Source: Acidobacteriota bacterium (GTDB lineage Bacteria; Acidobacteriota; Vicinamibacteria; Vicinamibacterales; 2-12-FULL-66-21). From it: a stretch of 52,299 nt of DNA. The translations under genes and the position numbers were made by a program. This document shows positions 36,729 to 47,800 of the stretch, piece by piece (within the stretch, counting starts at the first letter, position 1; every line of letters begins with the position of its first letter). Under the pieces are notes generated by a model, which saw nothing but the letters and a program-made list of their open reading frames with translations, made no database searches and was not told the origin of the DNA. The stretch spans positions 1-52,299 of the forward strand of contig JBKOZS010000228.1 in assembly GCA_046726015.1 (NCBI GenBank), read 5' to 3'.

Positions 36729-38099
36729 CACGGCGTAGTACCCCATCACCACCAGGATGATCGCCGTGGTCACCCACAGCGCGATCGTCGTCAGCGGTGC
36801 CGGTGCGATCTCCGGCGGCAGGCGACGATGGCGCAGGTAGATCGCGCCGATGCCAATTGCCGGTAGCATCATCGACTGCACGATGCCGCCGAGCATCACC
36901 ATGGTAACCGGGGATCGCATCGTGAAGAAAAGCGTGACCGGCACGAGGGTAAGGACGACGACGAACCGGTTGCGTAGCGTGACGCGCCGTTCGTGGTTGT
37001 CGGCATCGAAGCGTCCCATCAGCTGGAACATGTCGGCGAACAGGCGCGAATGCGCCGCGGTGGACGCGAACACGGTTCCATAGAGCGTCGCGACCGCGCC
37101 GAGATAGAACAGCCACAGCGCCCAGCCGCCGAGCGTCTGCGTGTAAAGGTTCGAGAGCACCGGGATCATGTCCTTGGCCGCTGGAACCAGTCCCATTCCG
37201 TGCAGCACTCCGGCGCCGAGCAGGTAGAACGCGACCGTCGCGGCCGTGTAGATGATCATCGATACGGCGATGTCGACGTGCATCACGCGGATCCAACCGC
37301 GCGCGCGACGCAGCCAGCCGCCGCTTCCGTCCCTCGCTCCCGTGTACTGCGCATAGCCCTTTTCCACGCACCAGTACGGGTACATGAAGAGTTCGCTGGC
37401 GCCAACGCCAGTAATGCCGAATACCGCCACCGCCATGCCGAGTCCAGCGGCAGGCAACTCGAATCCGAGGCCGCCTGCCACCGCGTTCCACGAGAAGAAG
37501 CGCGGCATGTTCATGAGGATGAGCGCAGCGAGAACGGTGAGCATGGTGAAGAGTGCGACCTTCACCATCGCGATCCGCTCGACACGTGCGTACCCGCCGC
37601 CGAGAAGTAATGCGAGCGTCAATGCCAGGAACACCAGCACCCACGCGGCGACCGGCACGGCAGGGACCAGCAGGTTCATGACCTGCGAGACGCCTCCGTA
37701 CATGCCGCCGACTTGCAACAGCGTTGCGCCAACCATGCAGGCCCACGCCCACACCAACCAGTTCACGCGTAACACGCGGGGACCGGGTACCTGGTTCAAT
37801 GCCGCCAGGCCGCTCATCCCGGTGGCAATCGTGTAGCGTCCGAGCTCCGCCTGGATCACGGGCTTGCACAGGCAACTGAGGAGCACGACCCAGAGCGCCG
37901 TATAGCCCGCCTGCGCGCCAAGCGTCGTTGTCGCAATCAATTCACCGGATCCGACAATGGAGGCGGCCAGCACCATTCCCGGACCGATGCGCTTCAGCGT
38001 GTCGCCGAGACGAACGGGCGGTTCTTCGGTTGCCGAGGGATCGAGAACGTAGGGATTGCGTGGAGATGGCGGTCGTTCCCGTGCCGTTGCCGTTGTCAT
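36711..38099 (-). CDS. NRAMP-superfamily transporter (non-canonical, lacks DPGN)
   Basis: Track ORF 36711..38207; I prefer the ATG at 38099, which forms an ATGA overlap with the cutC stop. It is polytopic. GPGMVLAASIVGSGELIATTTLGAQAGY replaces the DPGN-containing TM1 motif. Confidence 0.8.
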   Translation of the reverse strand: MTTATARERPPSPRNPYVLDPSATEEPPVRLGDTLKRIGPGMVLAASIVGSGELIATTTLGAQAGYTALWVVLLSCLCKPVIQAELGRYTIATGMSGLAALNQVPGPRVLRVNWLVWAWACMVGATLLQVGGMYGGVSQVMNLLVPAVPVAAWVLVFLALTLALLLGGGYARVERIAMVKVALFTMLTVLAALILMNMPRFFSWNAVAGGLGFELPAAGLGMAVAVFGITGVGASELFMYPYWCVEKGYAQYTGARDGSGGWLRRARGWIRVMHVDIAVSMIIYTAATVAFYLLGAGVLHGMGLVPAAKDMIPVLSNLYTQTLGGWALWLFYLGAVATLYGTVFASTAAHSRLFADMFQLMGRFDADNHERRVTLRNRFVVVLTLVPVTLFFTMRSPVTMVMLGGIVQSMMLPAIGIGAIYLRHRRLPPEIAPAPLTTIALWVTTAIILVVMGYYAVLTATT

Positions 38100-38782
38100 G
38101 ATGTCTCCGCCAGCTCCCGCAACCGGGCAACTCGCCCGGCCGACACCGCCGACTCCGGATCTCCGTCGGCGCGTGCGGCACGCCCGACATGTACTTCGCT
38201 GACGCAACCTGTTTGTGCGATGAGGGCGAGCATCTGTTCGTCGACGGCTGAGCCCGCAATAATGATGAGGCGCCCACGCGCCCGCGCGGCGTAGCCGCGA
38301 AGCCGCTCGCAGCGGTCAGCGGGCGTGCCAGTGCCGCCGCTGGTCAAGATGCGATCGATCTGCGGAACCGCGCCCAGCCGATCGATGGCATTCAACGGAT
38401 CGCGCAGCTGATCGAAGGCGCGATGGAACGTCGCCTTGACCTTGGGCGCTGCCTCGAGCGCGCGAACTGTGTCTGCTACCCCGGGCTCGCATCCATTGGC
38501 AAAGCCGACGACGACGCCATCGACCGCGTCCGCCGCGAACGTCGCGATCGAGTCGCGCAGCGCCGAGAGCTCGTCCGGGGTTGTCGAGTATCCGGCGTTG
38601 CCCCTCACCATCACGCGCAACGGCAGCGACACGGCCTCGGCGATATCGCGGACGAGCGATACCGGAGGCGTCAGGCCGCCGTCGCGTATCGCGCGCACGA
38701 CTTCCAGCCGGTCCGCGCCACCGCGCGCCGCTGCCCGGGCGTCGGCAACGCTCTGCACGATCACTTCGAGCAGAAGTGCCAT
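38096..38782 (-). CDS. cutC: CutC-family copper homeostasis protein
   Basis: 228 aa with a TIM-barrel CutC pattern: LEVIVQSVADARAAARGGADRLEV, GGLTPP, PLRVMVR, GVVVGF, TFHRAFD, ILTSGG. Confidence 0.85.
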   Translation of the reverse strand: MALLLEVIVQSVADARAAARGGADRLEVVRAIRDGGLTPPVSLVRDIAEAVSLPLRVMVRGNAGYSTTPDELSALRDSIATFAADAVDGVVVGFANGCEPGVADTVRALEAAPKVKATFHRAFDQLRDPLNAIDRLGAVPQIDRILTSGGTGTPADRCERLRGYAARARGRLIIIAGSAVDEQMLALIAQTGCVSEVHVGRAARADGDPESAVSAGRVARLRELAETS

Positions 38783-38812
38783 GGCGCCGGATTCTATCGT
38801 TTCCTGGAGTTC

Positions 38813-40108
38813 TTATGAGGCCAGCCGACCCAGTCGGCCGAGGCGGGTCGCATCCACGTGACAGACACGCATACTGCCCGGGCTCTTTTTGCCGCCGGCC
38901 GGCTCCTTGCGCAGTGCGCGCATCACTTCTTCGACCGTCGTGAGTCCGCGATACATCTTGTCGAGCGCGTCGTCGAGCAGGAGCCGGACGCCCGCGTTGA
39001 CCGCGACGCGCGTTCTCTCGGCTTCCGTTGCTTCGCGAGTGAGGGACTGTAACAGGTGCGAGCTGCCATTGAGAACTTCGAAAATGCCGATACGCCCCGA
39101 ATAGCCGGTGTGACCGCATTGGACGCAGCCGCGGCCCCGCTCGAACTGACGGAGCGCATCGAGATTCAGCCAATCGAGCACGTCTCGTGGCGGCTCGTAA
39201 GGCTCGCGGCAGTTCGAGCAAATCCGGCGCACACGCCGTTGCGCGACGATCAGGTTGGTCGCTGACGCCAGCAGTGATTCCGTGACCCCGAGGTCCAGCA
39301 GTCGGTCGATGGCCTCGAGCGAGTTGTCGACGTGCAGCCTGCCGAGGACCGCGTGCCCGCTCAGCGCCGCTTCGAATGCCATCCTGGCGGTCTCGCGATC
39401 GCGGATCTCGGCAACCTCGACGTTTGCTTCAGATGCTCGACGATGGGCCAGCAGCGATCGAAGCGTGGTGCTCGTCCCGGCGCCGGCCGGTCCGACAACG
39501 AGGATGAGCCCCTGGCGCCGCCCCAGCGCGTTCTCGATCAGCACGCGCTGGCTCACCGACAGCCCGAGTCCCGACAGCGCCGGACTCTCCGATGAACGTG
39601 CCAGGTGCAGGATCGCTTTCTCACCAAATCCCGTCGGCGTCGTTGAAACGTGAAGGTTGATCGGACCACTCCGGCCCCTGACGTGTGTCCGCCCATCCTG
39701 TGGCAAATGCTGCTGCGTCGTGTCGAGCCTCGCGAGCGATTTGATCGCACCGACGAGCGACGCGTGCATCCAGCCGGGAAGCAGAAGATGATCGCGCAGC
39801 ACACCATCGACGCGCAAACGCACCCGAAGATCGTGGGGGCCTGGCTCGATGTGGACGTCGCTTGCACGCGACGCAAGCGCGTCAAGGACGATTTGCCGGA
39901 AGAAATGAAGCGCTGGAGCGCTGTCCGGAGACTCGGCGGCGTCGCCGCCATCGTGATCCCGGCCCGTTTCGGACGTCGTTCCGGGAGTGCCCGCAGCGTC
40001 GACAAAAAGTGCACCGAATCGCGCACTTTTCAGGACCGATGAATGCGCGTGTGCAAAAGACTCAGTAAGAACGTCCACCGGCCGACTCCGGGTGGCTGCC
40101 CGGTGCAA
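38813..40108 (-). CDS. degenerate GspE/PilB-type secretion ATPase homolog (Walker A Lys missing, Asp-box/Walker B region deleted)
   Basis: 431 aa with a TTG start in the track. The N2 and C-terminal domain motifs are kept: ASDVHIEP...RVRLRVDGVL, PQDGR, HVSTTPTGFGEKAIL, the His box SGHAVLGRLHVDN, the tetra-Cys CSNC...CVQCGHTGYSGRIGIFE, and TTVEEVMRAL. The Walker A reads GPAGAGTSTTL instead of GPTGSGK(S/T)TTL. Only about 21 aa separate it from EIRDRETA, where canonical enzymes have about 66. Confidence 0.75.
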   Translation of the reverse strand: MHRAATRSRPVDVLTESFAHAHSSVLKSARFGALFVDAAGTPGTTSETGRDHDGGDAAESPDSAPALHFFRQIVLDALASRASDVHIEPGPHDLRVRLRVDGVLRDHLLLPGWMHASLVGAIKSLARLDTTQQHLPQDGRTHVRGRSGPINLHVSTTPTGFGEKAILHLARSSESPALSGLGLSVSQRVLIENALGRRQGLILVVGPAGAGTSTTLRSLLAHRRASEANVEVAEIRDRETARMAFEAALSGHAVLGRLHVDNSLEAIDRLLDLGVTESLLASATNLIVAQRRVRRICSNCREPYEPPRDVLDWLNLDALRQFERGRGCVQCGHTGYSGRIGIFEVLNGSSHLLQSLTREATEAERTRVAVNAGVRLLLDDALDKMYRGLTTVEEVMRALRKEPAGGKKSPGSMRVCHVDATRLGRLGRLAS

Positions 40109-40166
40109 GAGTGCTGCCGGTGGAGCGCTGATGTAGGAGAATCATCCAAGAGGAGAGTTCGCGAGC

Positions 40167-41402
40167 ATGAAAAGTCTTATCGCTGCATTCGCTGTGTTGA
40201 TTGGCACCTCTGCGTTCGCCCAGACCCCGGCCCCGGCGCCGCAGGGCGGCGTTGATCCGCGTCCGCCCAACGCACCAAACCAGAAGCCTGCAATCCCCGG
40301 ACAGACGCGTGCGCCCGAACGGAAAAGCGGTGTCGCCTTCGAGGTCGTCACCGTTGCCGGGGGTCTCCAGAATCCGTGGGGCCTGACGTTTCTTCCTGGT
40401 GACAAGCTGCTCGTCACTGAGAAGCCAGGCCGGCTGCGAATCGTCGGAGCAGACGGAAAACTATCCGAGCCGGTCGCTGGACTCCCGCCAGTCGATGCGC
40501 GGCGGCAAGGTGGCCTGCTGGACGTGGCGCTCGATCCCGCGTTCGCGTCGAATCGTTTGATCTACTGGAGCTATGCCGAGCCGCGGGAAGGGGGCGTTAA
40601 CAATACGGCGGTTGCGCGTGGACGGCTGGTGGAAGAGGGAGCGCCGCGCGTCGAGAACGTGCAGGTGATCTTTCACCAGGTGCCCACGCTCGATTCGCAG
40701 CTGCATTTTGGCGGACGGCTGGTCTTCGGCCGCGACGGCACCTTATTTATTACGCTCGGCGAACGCTCGGTCACCGAAGGACGCATGCAGGCGCAGCGGC
40801 TCGACGGGCTGCTCGGCAAAATCGTCCGCCTCAATAGCGACGGCACGATTCCAAAGGACAATCCATTCGTTGGCAAGGAAGGCGCACGCCCGGAGATCTG
40901 GTCGCTCGGGCATCGCAACGTGCAGGCAGCCACACTCAACCCCGCGACCGGTGAGCTCTGGGAGGTCGAGCACGGCACGCGCGGCGGCGATGAGATCAAC
41001 ATCGCGCGCAAGGGGAAGGACTACGGCTGGCCGACGATCGCGTACGGCATCGAGTATCAAGGTGCTCCGATCACCGGTGACATCACCGCCAAAGACGGCA
41101 TGGAGCAGCCGTTGTACTACTGGGACCCGGTCATCGCGCCGAGCGGCATGGTGTTCTACACTGGCTCGCTGTTTCCCGAGTGGAAGGGAAACCTGTTCAT
41201 TGGAGGACTCGCCAGCACGAACCTCGTGCGTCTCACGATCAATGGTGAACGCGTGGTCGACGAAGAGCGGCTGCTCACCGATCTCCAGCCGAATCGCGAG
41301 CGCATTCGCGACGTCAGGCAGGGGCCCGATGGCGCGCTGTATCTGCTGACCGACAGCGGATCAGGACGTATATTGAAGCTCGTTCCGCCGAAGTCTCGCT
41401 AA
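40167..41402 (+). CDS. PQQ-dependent sugar (glucose/sorbosone) dehydrogenase, soluble beta-propeller type
   Basis: 411 aa with a signal peptide ([16 protein letters not shown]). Typical blocks: [102 protein letters not shown]. Confidence 0.9.
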   Translation: MKSLIAAFAVLIGTSAFAQTPAPAPQGGVDPRPPNAPNQKPAIPGQTRAPERKSGVAFEVVTVAGGLQNPWGLTFLPGDKLLVTEKPGRLRIVGADGKLSEPVAGLPPVDARRQGGLLDVALDPAFASNRLIYWSYAEPREGGVNNTAVARGRLVEEGAPRVENVQVIFHQVPTLDSQLHFGGRLVFGRDGTLFITLGERSVTEGRMQAQRLDGLLGKIVRLNSDGTIPKDNPFVGKEGARPEIWSLGHRNVQAATLNPATGELWEVEHGTRGGDEINIARKGKDYGWPTIAYGIEYQGAPITGDITAKDGMEQPLYYWDPVIAPSGMVFYTGSLFPEWKGNLFIGGLASTNLVRLTINGERVVDEERLLTDLQPNRERIRDVRQGPDGALYLLTDSGSGRILKLVPPKSR

Positions 41403-41460
41403 CCCTACTCGCGCGGTCGATCTCTTCGATCGGCACTGCAAAGTTCGGTCAGTCGTGAAC

Positions 41461-41496
41461 GGCCAACCCGCGGTCTTCGCGGGCCGCCGGTTGGCC
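41461..41496 (+). terminator. compound GC-rich stem-loop downstream of the dehydrogenase gene
   Basis: ggccaacc...ggttggcc (8 bp) encloses cccgcg-gtctt-cgcggg. There is no clean T-tract afterwards, so the call is weak. Confidence 0.3.
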
Positions 41497-41847
41497 GCCG
41501 CGCCGTGTCTTCGCTTCTCATTCGAGTCCAGAAGTGCACCGAACTGCGACCTTTAATCTTCTTGTCCGGGCATGTCCTTCGTTTGACAGACAGCGACAGC
41601 GGCGCGAATTCCTCGATTTTGGCCTGAATTTCATCCCCATCCCGCCACTTTGGTACTAGGCCATCCGGGCAGCGCTGTTGCTTGATGGCAAGACCTCGCC
41701 GGTGCGTCTAGCCACTTATTTGGGGGCGCCTCGGCTCCCGAATTTCCAAGCAACGACCCAAAGGTCATTCGCACGCGGCAGCGCCGTGCTTAGCCACAGG
41801 CCTGCCGCGGAGTGCCAGGTCTGTGCGGAAGGGAACGAAAGTACCGA

Positions 41848-44800
41848 GTGACTAATCCGGCGGCAGAGTGGCTCGTTGACATTCGACGTGCGAATTTTCG
41901 CACGCGCTGTGCAGATGTCCGCACGCGTCTGGCGTGCTCCGTGTTCGCGGCGGTCGCGTTCGTGCTCTTCACGGCGTCGCAGGTCTTTGCGCAGACGCCG
42001 CTCGCCACGGTTGGCCTCACCCAGGGGTGGGCCACGTTTGGCCAGGCGCTGCCACAGGGTGCGGTGCCGGCCGGCAACGGGCTTCAAGTTGGCTCGCTGC
42101 TGACGCAGACCGACGTCAAGACCCGATGGGCGGACGGATCGATTCGCTTCGCGATCGTCACCGTCCAGGTCCCAACATCCGGGAGTTATCCAATCCAGCC
42201 GGCTCCGATCTCGACCGGCTCAGTGACGCCGACGTTGCCGAGCGCGTCGGCGGCAATCACCATAGGCAGCGTCGTCTACACGGCGACACTGCCGGCCACC
42301 CCCTCCAGCGACACGTGGCTGTCTGGTCCGCTCGTCAACGAATCGCGTTACGTCGTCGCACCACTGTCGTCGACCAATGGTTCTCCCCATCCGTTCCTGC
42401 GTGTGATTTTCGACACGCGCGTGTACAACGACGGCGCCGCGCGCGTGGACGTGACGGTCGAGAACGTGCTCGATAAGACGGGCGCGACGACCGTGACCTA
42501 CAACGTCACGCTGACCGTCAACGGCAATGCGTTCTTCACGAAATCTGCAGTCCAGCACTTCTACCTGACACGCTGGCGCAAGACGTTCGTGGCTGGCCCG
42601 GCGCCATCTGTCGTCACGCCGGACTTCGCGCCGTTCAATGCGGCGAAAGCGCTGCCGCCGTTCCTCTCGGTCGTTCGCAACCAGATCAACGTGTCGACTG
42701 GTCCGACCTACGAGATCCTCGAGCCGGGCGCGCTCGAGCGGAACATGCCGGCGCACTCGGGCCGCCAGGAGATCGCGCCATACCCGGATTGGGCGGCGCG
42801 ATATCTCGTGCATCGCGAGCCGCAGCAGCGCACGTTCGTCCTCACCAACGGCGACCTGTCCGGGTCGTGGCCGGTTCACGTGCGCGAAGCCGAGAACAGC
42901 GCGCAGACTGGCGTGGGATCCGAACGGTTCATCTCCCTCAACCAGCGCCCGAACTTCTGGCTGGACAATCGCGCGCTGGCCGATGGTTGGGATTCCGCGC
43001 ACGGCACACCGCTGCCGATTCGCGAGTACGGCAGCCTGGTGCCAGGACCCGGGCAGTCGTCGCTGATTCCCGACAACGCGCATCAGCCGTCGCTCGCGTT
43101 CATCCCGTATCTGCTGACGGGCGATCGCTACTACGCCGAAGAGATGGCGTTCTGGGCGCACTACGGGATGCTTCGCACGTATCCCGGCGACGGCACGCGC
43201 GGGTCCACCGGCATCGTCGCGAATAACGAGGTCCGTGGCTTCGGGTGGTCGCTCCGCAACATCGCGGACGCGGCCGCCTACTATCCGGACGCGTCACCGG
43301 TTCGCGCGTATCTGATCGAGAAGGTTCAGAACAACCTGAACTGGATCGACGGCTACGCCAGCGCGCGCTTCACGCCTGACAACCCGTTCAAGGTCCTCTG
43401 GACCAAGACACGACCTGAGGGGCCGAACTTCATTTCGCTGTGGGAGCAGACGTATCTCGGCTTTGCGATCGATCGCGCGAACCAGCACGGGTTCATTGGC
43501 GGCATGCCGGCCCGGGATGCGATCGCGCGGTTGCAGCTGAATCTGTTCAACAGTGAGCCGGACTACCCGCGGGTGTCTACCCTGGGCTGCTCTGTTGGTG
43601 TCACGAGTTGTCCGTGGTCCGCGCCCTATCTCGTCAACATCGGTGTGCCGAATGCCCTGGTGCCGAGCGGCGTCAATTTCCACCAGACGATGGCGGCGAT
43701 CGCGGCCAATACCGTCGGCGATCCGAACCTTCAGCGTAACTACCCGGGATTCTACGGTCCCGAGGCGCGCATCAACTTGATGCGCGGCGTTCAGGCTGGT
43801 TGGACCGGCGCGCAGGCCGCCTACAACTATCTCTGGCCGTTCATCGGCACCGATCCGTTTTTCTGCCCGTCTGACGGTGCACCGATTCCGGATCTGGTAT
43901 GCCGCGCCGGTTGGGCGCTGGATTTCGATTCAGGCGCACCGCCGCCGCCACCGCCGCCGCCACCGCCGACGTCGACACCGGCGCAGCTCCTCACGCCCGC
44001 GTCGGGCGTGCCGTTCGGCTCGAGTGTGCAGAGCTTCACGTGGACGGCTGGGAAGGACGTCACCAGCTACAAGCTCGATGTCGGGAGCACGTTGGGAGGC
44101 TCGAATCTCTACGCCGGGCCTGAGAACGCCGCGCAGTCCGCCGTGGTCACCAGTCTGCCGGTGAACGGCAGCATCGTCTTTGTGCGGCTGTACTCACGCA
44201 TCAACGGCGTCATGCAATCGGTCGACTACAGCTTCACGAGTTACACAGCGCCGCCGCCGCCGGCGCCGCCCACGCCGCTGGACTTCAGGGTCGTCGGCAT
44301 CGCGGACGGCAACGCGACGGTCCTGACGCCGCCGTTCAACACCCTGGCTGGCGACGTGCTCGTTGCGTTCGTGTCCTCATCAGGTCCGAACGGCGTCCCG
44401 GCCACCAATGTCGTGAACGGGGGCAGCCTGACGTGGACGCTGGTCGCGCGCGCCAACGGACAGAACGGAGTTTCGGAGATCTGGACCGCCACGACACCGA
44501 CCGCGCGCACAGGCGTTACGGTGGCGTCCTTCCAGTCCACCGGGACGTTCGATCAGTCGCTGGTGGTTGTGGCGTTCAGTGGGGCTGCTGGCGTAGGGGC
44601 GAGCGCGTCGGCGAGTGGCGCCAACGGCGGGCCTTCGGTGTCGCTCACCGCGACAAAGGCCGGTTCGTTTGTCTTCGGTGTGGGCAACGACTGGAACGGT
44701 GCGGTGCCGCGCGTGCTCGGCGCGACCCAGGTCATGGTCCACGAGGTGCTGGGTGGATTCGGCGACACGTTCTGGACGCAGCGCACCCAGTTTCCGACCG

Positions 44801-47800
44801 CCGCTGCCGGCAGCATCGTCACGATCAACGACGTTGCCCCGACGGATCACATCTGGAACCTGGTGGCCGTCGAGATCGTTCCGCTTGGCGGATCGACGAA
44901 GCCGACCCCGCCGATCACGTGGGCGACGCCGGCCGACATCGTCAAGGGTACGGCGCTCGGCGCTGCCCAGTTGAATGCCACGGCGAGTGTGCCGGGCACG
45001 TTCGTGTATTCACCGGCCGCCGGAACGATCCTCATCGCGGGCAACGCCCAGCCGCTGTCGGTCACGTTCAACCCGACGGACACGGCGACGTATCAGTCGG
45101 CGACCGCGACGGTGTTCATCAACGTGCTGGCATCCGGGCCGACGGTCACGTGGAATGCGCCAGCACCGATCACACCGAACACGGCGCTGAGCGCTGCGCA
45201 GCTGAATGCGACCGCCGACTTCCCGGGCACGTTCGTCTACACGCCGCCGGCTGGAACGTTCCTCCCGCCGGGTCTGCAGATATTGACGGTGACGTTCACG
45301 CCAACCAACACGGCGTTCCTGCCGATCGTCAAGATCGTGCCGCTGAACGTCGTGAAGCGGAAGCCGGTCATCACGTGGCCGACGCCGGCGAACATCACTC
45401 CGGGGACGGCGCTCACCGCCGCGCAGTTGAATGCGACCGCGGACGTGCCTGGATCATTCGTGTACTTGCCGCCGGCAGGAACGGTGTTGCCAACCGGCCC
45501 CGGACAGAAATTGTCGGTGACGTTTACGCCGTCCGATCTTCTCAACGTCGAGACGGCAACGGCATCCGTCGCGATCACCGTGGCGGCTGCGGGCGGCGGC
45601 GGAACCGCCGCGCCCATCAAGATTGGCAATCAGATCTCAGGGACGTTCGGCGATGCGACGGGTCACTCGGGACAGTCGCACCTGGTTTATGCGCCGAACG
45701 CGGGCGTCTGGTGGTTGTTCACGCTATCGTCGTTGCATGATTCGTTCGGCGATCAGACAGTTCAAGCCTTTAGAAGCAGCGGGCCCGATCTGGCGACCGC
45801 CACGTGGACCGCAGCAACCTCGAGTCCCGATCTCGGCAGGGCTGGCGGAGCGACTAACCCGCTGCTTGCAGGCGGCCGCTCGCTTGGCGTGGCGTTGCGC
45901 ACAATTGGCAGTAACGATTATGTCCATATCTTCATCTCGTCGGCGATCGATGGCCAGGTGTCGTCGAATGGACACTTGCGCGCGCAGCTCGGTGCATCGT
46001 CGATTAGTTGGGGCGCCTGGGATAATCCCGGCTCGCCGAATGCGGCGTCGGAGTGGCAGGGGCCGCCAGGAACTGGCGCAAGCGGATTGTCCACGCATTC
46101 GTCGTGGGGCAACTCCGTTGGCATCTCAACGGGCGGCTTCATCCATCACTTCAGTGTCACGATGGACCAGGAAGTCGACTGTGCCGTTGGCAGGTCGACC
46201 AACCCGGACATATCCGCCAACTGGATAAACGGCTTCGGGACAAACACGAGTCCGACAGGCAGGGCGGGTACGTCACCACCCTGGACGACGGCTGTCATCG
46301 ACAAGACGATGTCGAACGAGTGCAAGGCGTTGGCATTTGCACCGCTTGCGTCGGACGTGATGCTCGCCGTTTACAGCAACGGCGCTGCGCCGCAGCCCCA
46401 ACTGACGAACCTGCGCTACAAGAAGTCAGGGACAGGGAGCGGCGGGACCGTCGCAGGCCAGTGGACCAACATTTCAGCTGCGACCGGGGGCGGCGATGGA
46501 AATGTTTTCGGGACGATCGCGCAAATAAATCACAACGACTGGGCGCTGGTGCCCGTCCACACCGGACTCATTTACGCATTCCGCCCCAACCAGGCCGGCA
46601 CGGCGATCGAAGGACGGCAATATAACGTCGCGGGTAACAGCTGGGGCAACCTCTCAGTCGCGCTGCCCGCTTTCACTGCCGGCCAGGCATTCAAGTCGGG
46701 CGGCGGCCTATTCGGTGCGAGCGACGGCACGTCGAGCGTGTGGCTGTTCTTCATCAACACGGACGCCGCGAATTCGATTCTGTTCACGAGATTCAACGGC
46801 TCGACGTGGACACCATGGGCCGCCGTGCCGGGCACGAATACCGGCATTCACAGGCGCAACTTCATTAGCGGCTATCAGCGGCTGAGCAGCAACCAGATCG
46901 GCCTGGCGTGGACCGAGGGGACCAGCACATTCGACGTCTTCACGACCTCGCTGAACACGGTCGGAGGAACTCCCGCGTCACCGGTGACGGTGACAATGTC
47001 AACGCCGCTGAACCTGGCGTCGGTATCCGGAACCACGACGGTCAGTGCCACCGCATCGACCACAGCTGCCAGTGCCGTCATCGCCGGCGTGCAGTTCGTG
47101 TTGGACGGCGTGAACCTCGGAGCCGAAGTCACCACCAGCCCCTATTCAACTTCATGGGACACCACGACTGCGGCTGGCGGCACACACTTCCTGACGGCAA
47201 TCGCACGGGACACCGCGGGCAATACCGGATTCGGAACGACCAGGACGGTGAACAACGACACTGCCGCGCCCGCCGTGTCGATGACCGCGCCGGCGAGCGG
47301 CCCGATCAGTGGAACCAGCGTTGTCGTTGCGGCAAACGCCACAGACGACATCGGTATTGCAGGCGTACAGTTCCTGCTCGACGGCACTCCCATCGGTCCC
47401 GAACTGACCGTCGAGCCATACGCCATCAACTGGGATTCGACCAGCGCAACCAACGGCGCGCACGCGCTGTCGGCGCGCGCCAGGGATGCGGCCGGCCGGA
47501 CAACGACATCAGCTCCGGTGAATGTGACGATTACCGGGGCTCGTGTCACGCCAACGATCACCTGGAACCCGCCGGCTGCGATCGCCTATGGCACGCCACT
47601 CGGGGCGGCGCAGTTCAATGCGACCGCAAACGTCCCCGGAACCTTTGTGTACTCACCGCCGGCGGGAACGATCCTGCCGGTCGGGCAGAACCAGCCGCTG
47701 TCGGTATCGTTCACGCCGACTGATACGACGACCTATACGACAGCCGCGGCAAACGTCCCCATCACCGTGACGCGCGGCGTGCCGGTGATCAACTGGCCGA

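Noticed and set aside
41403-41847. Possible ncRNA or riboswitch in the 445-bp lower-GC leader of the giant gene
   Set aside because: I could not recognise any known riboswitch or sRNA consensus by eye. Only a terminator-like hairpin at 41461..41496 and a TTGACA hexamer (~41584) stand out. That is insufficient for a call without covariance-model searches.
44433-45740. 435-aa and 516-aa plus ORFs (44433..45740 and 48714..50264) inside the repeat region, which the track makes look like the genes here
   Set aside because: They are in a different frame from the continuous 10.4-kb ORF that starts at 41848. Their translations are R/G/D/H-rich, whereas the frame I chose gives a coherent Ig-like repeat protein with a signal peptide.
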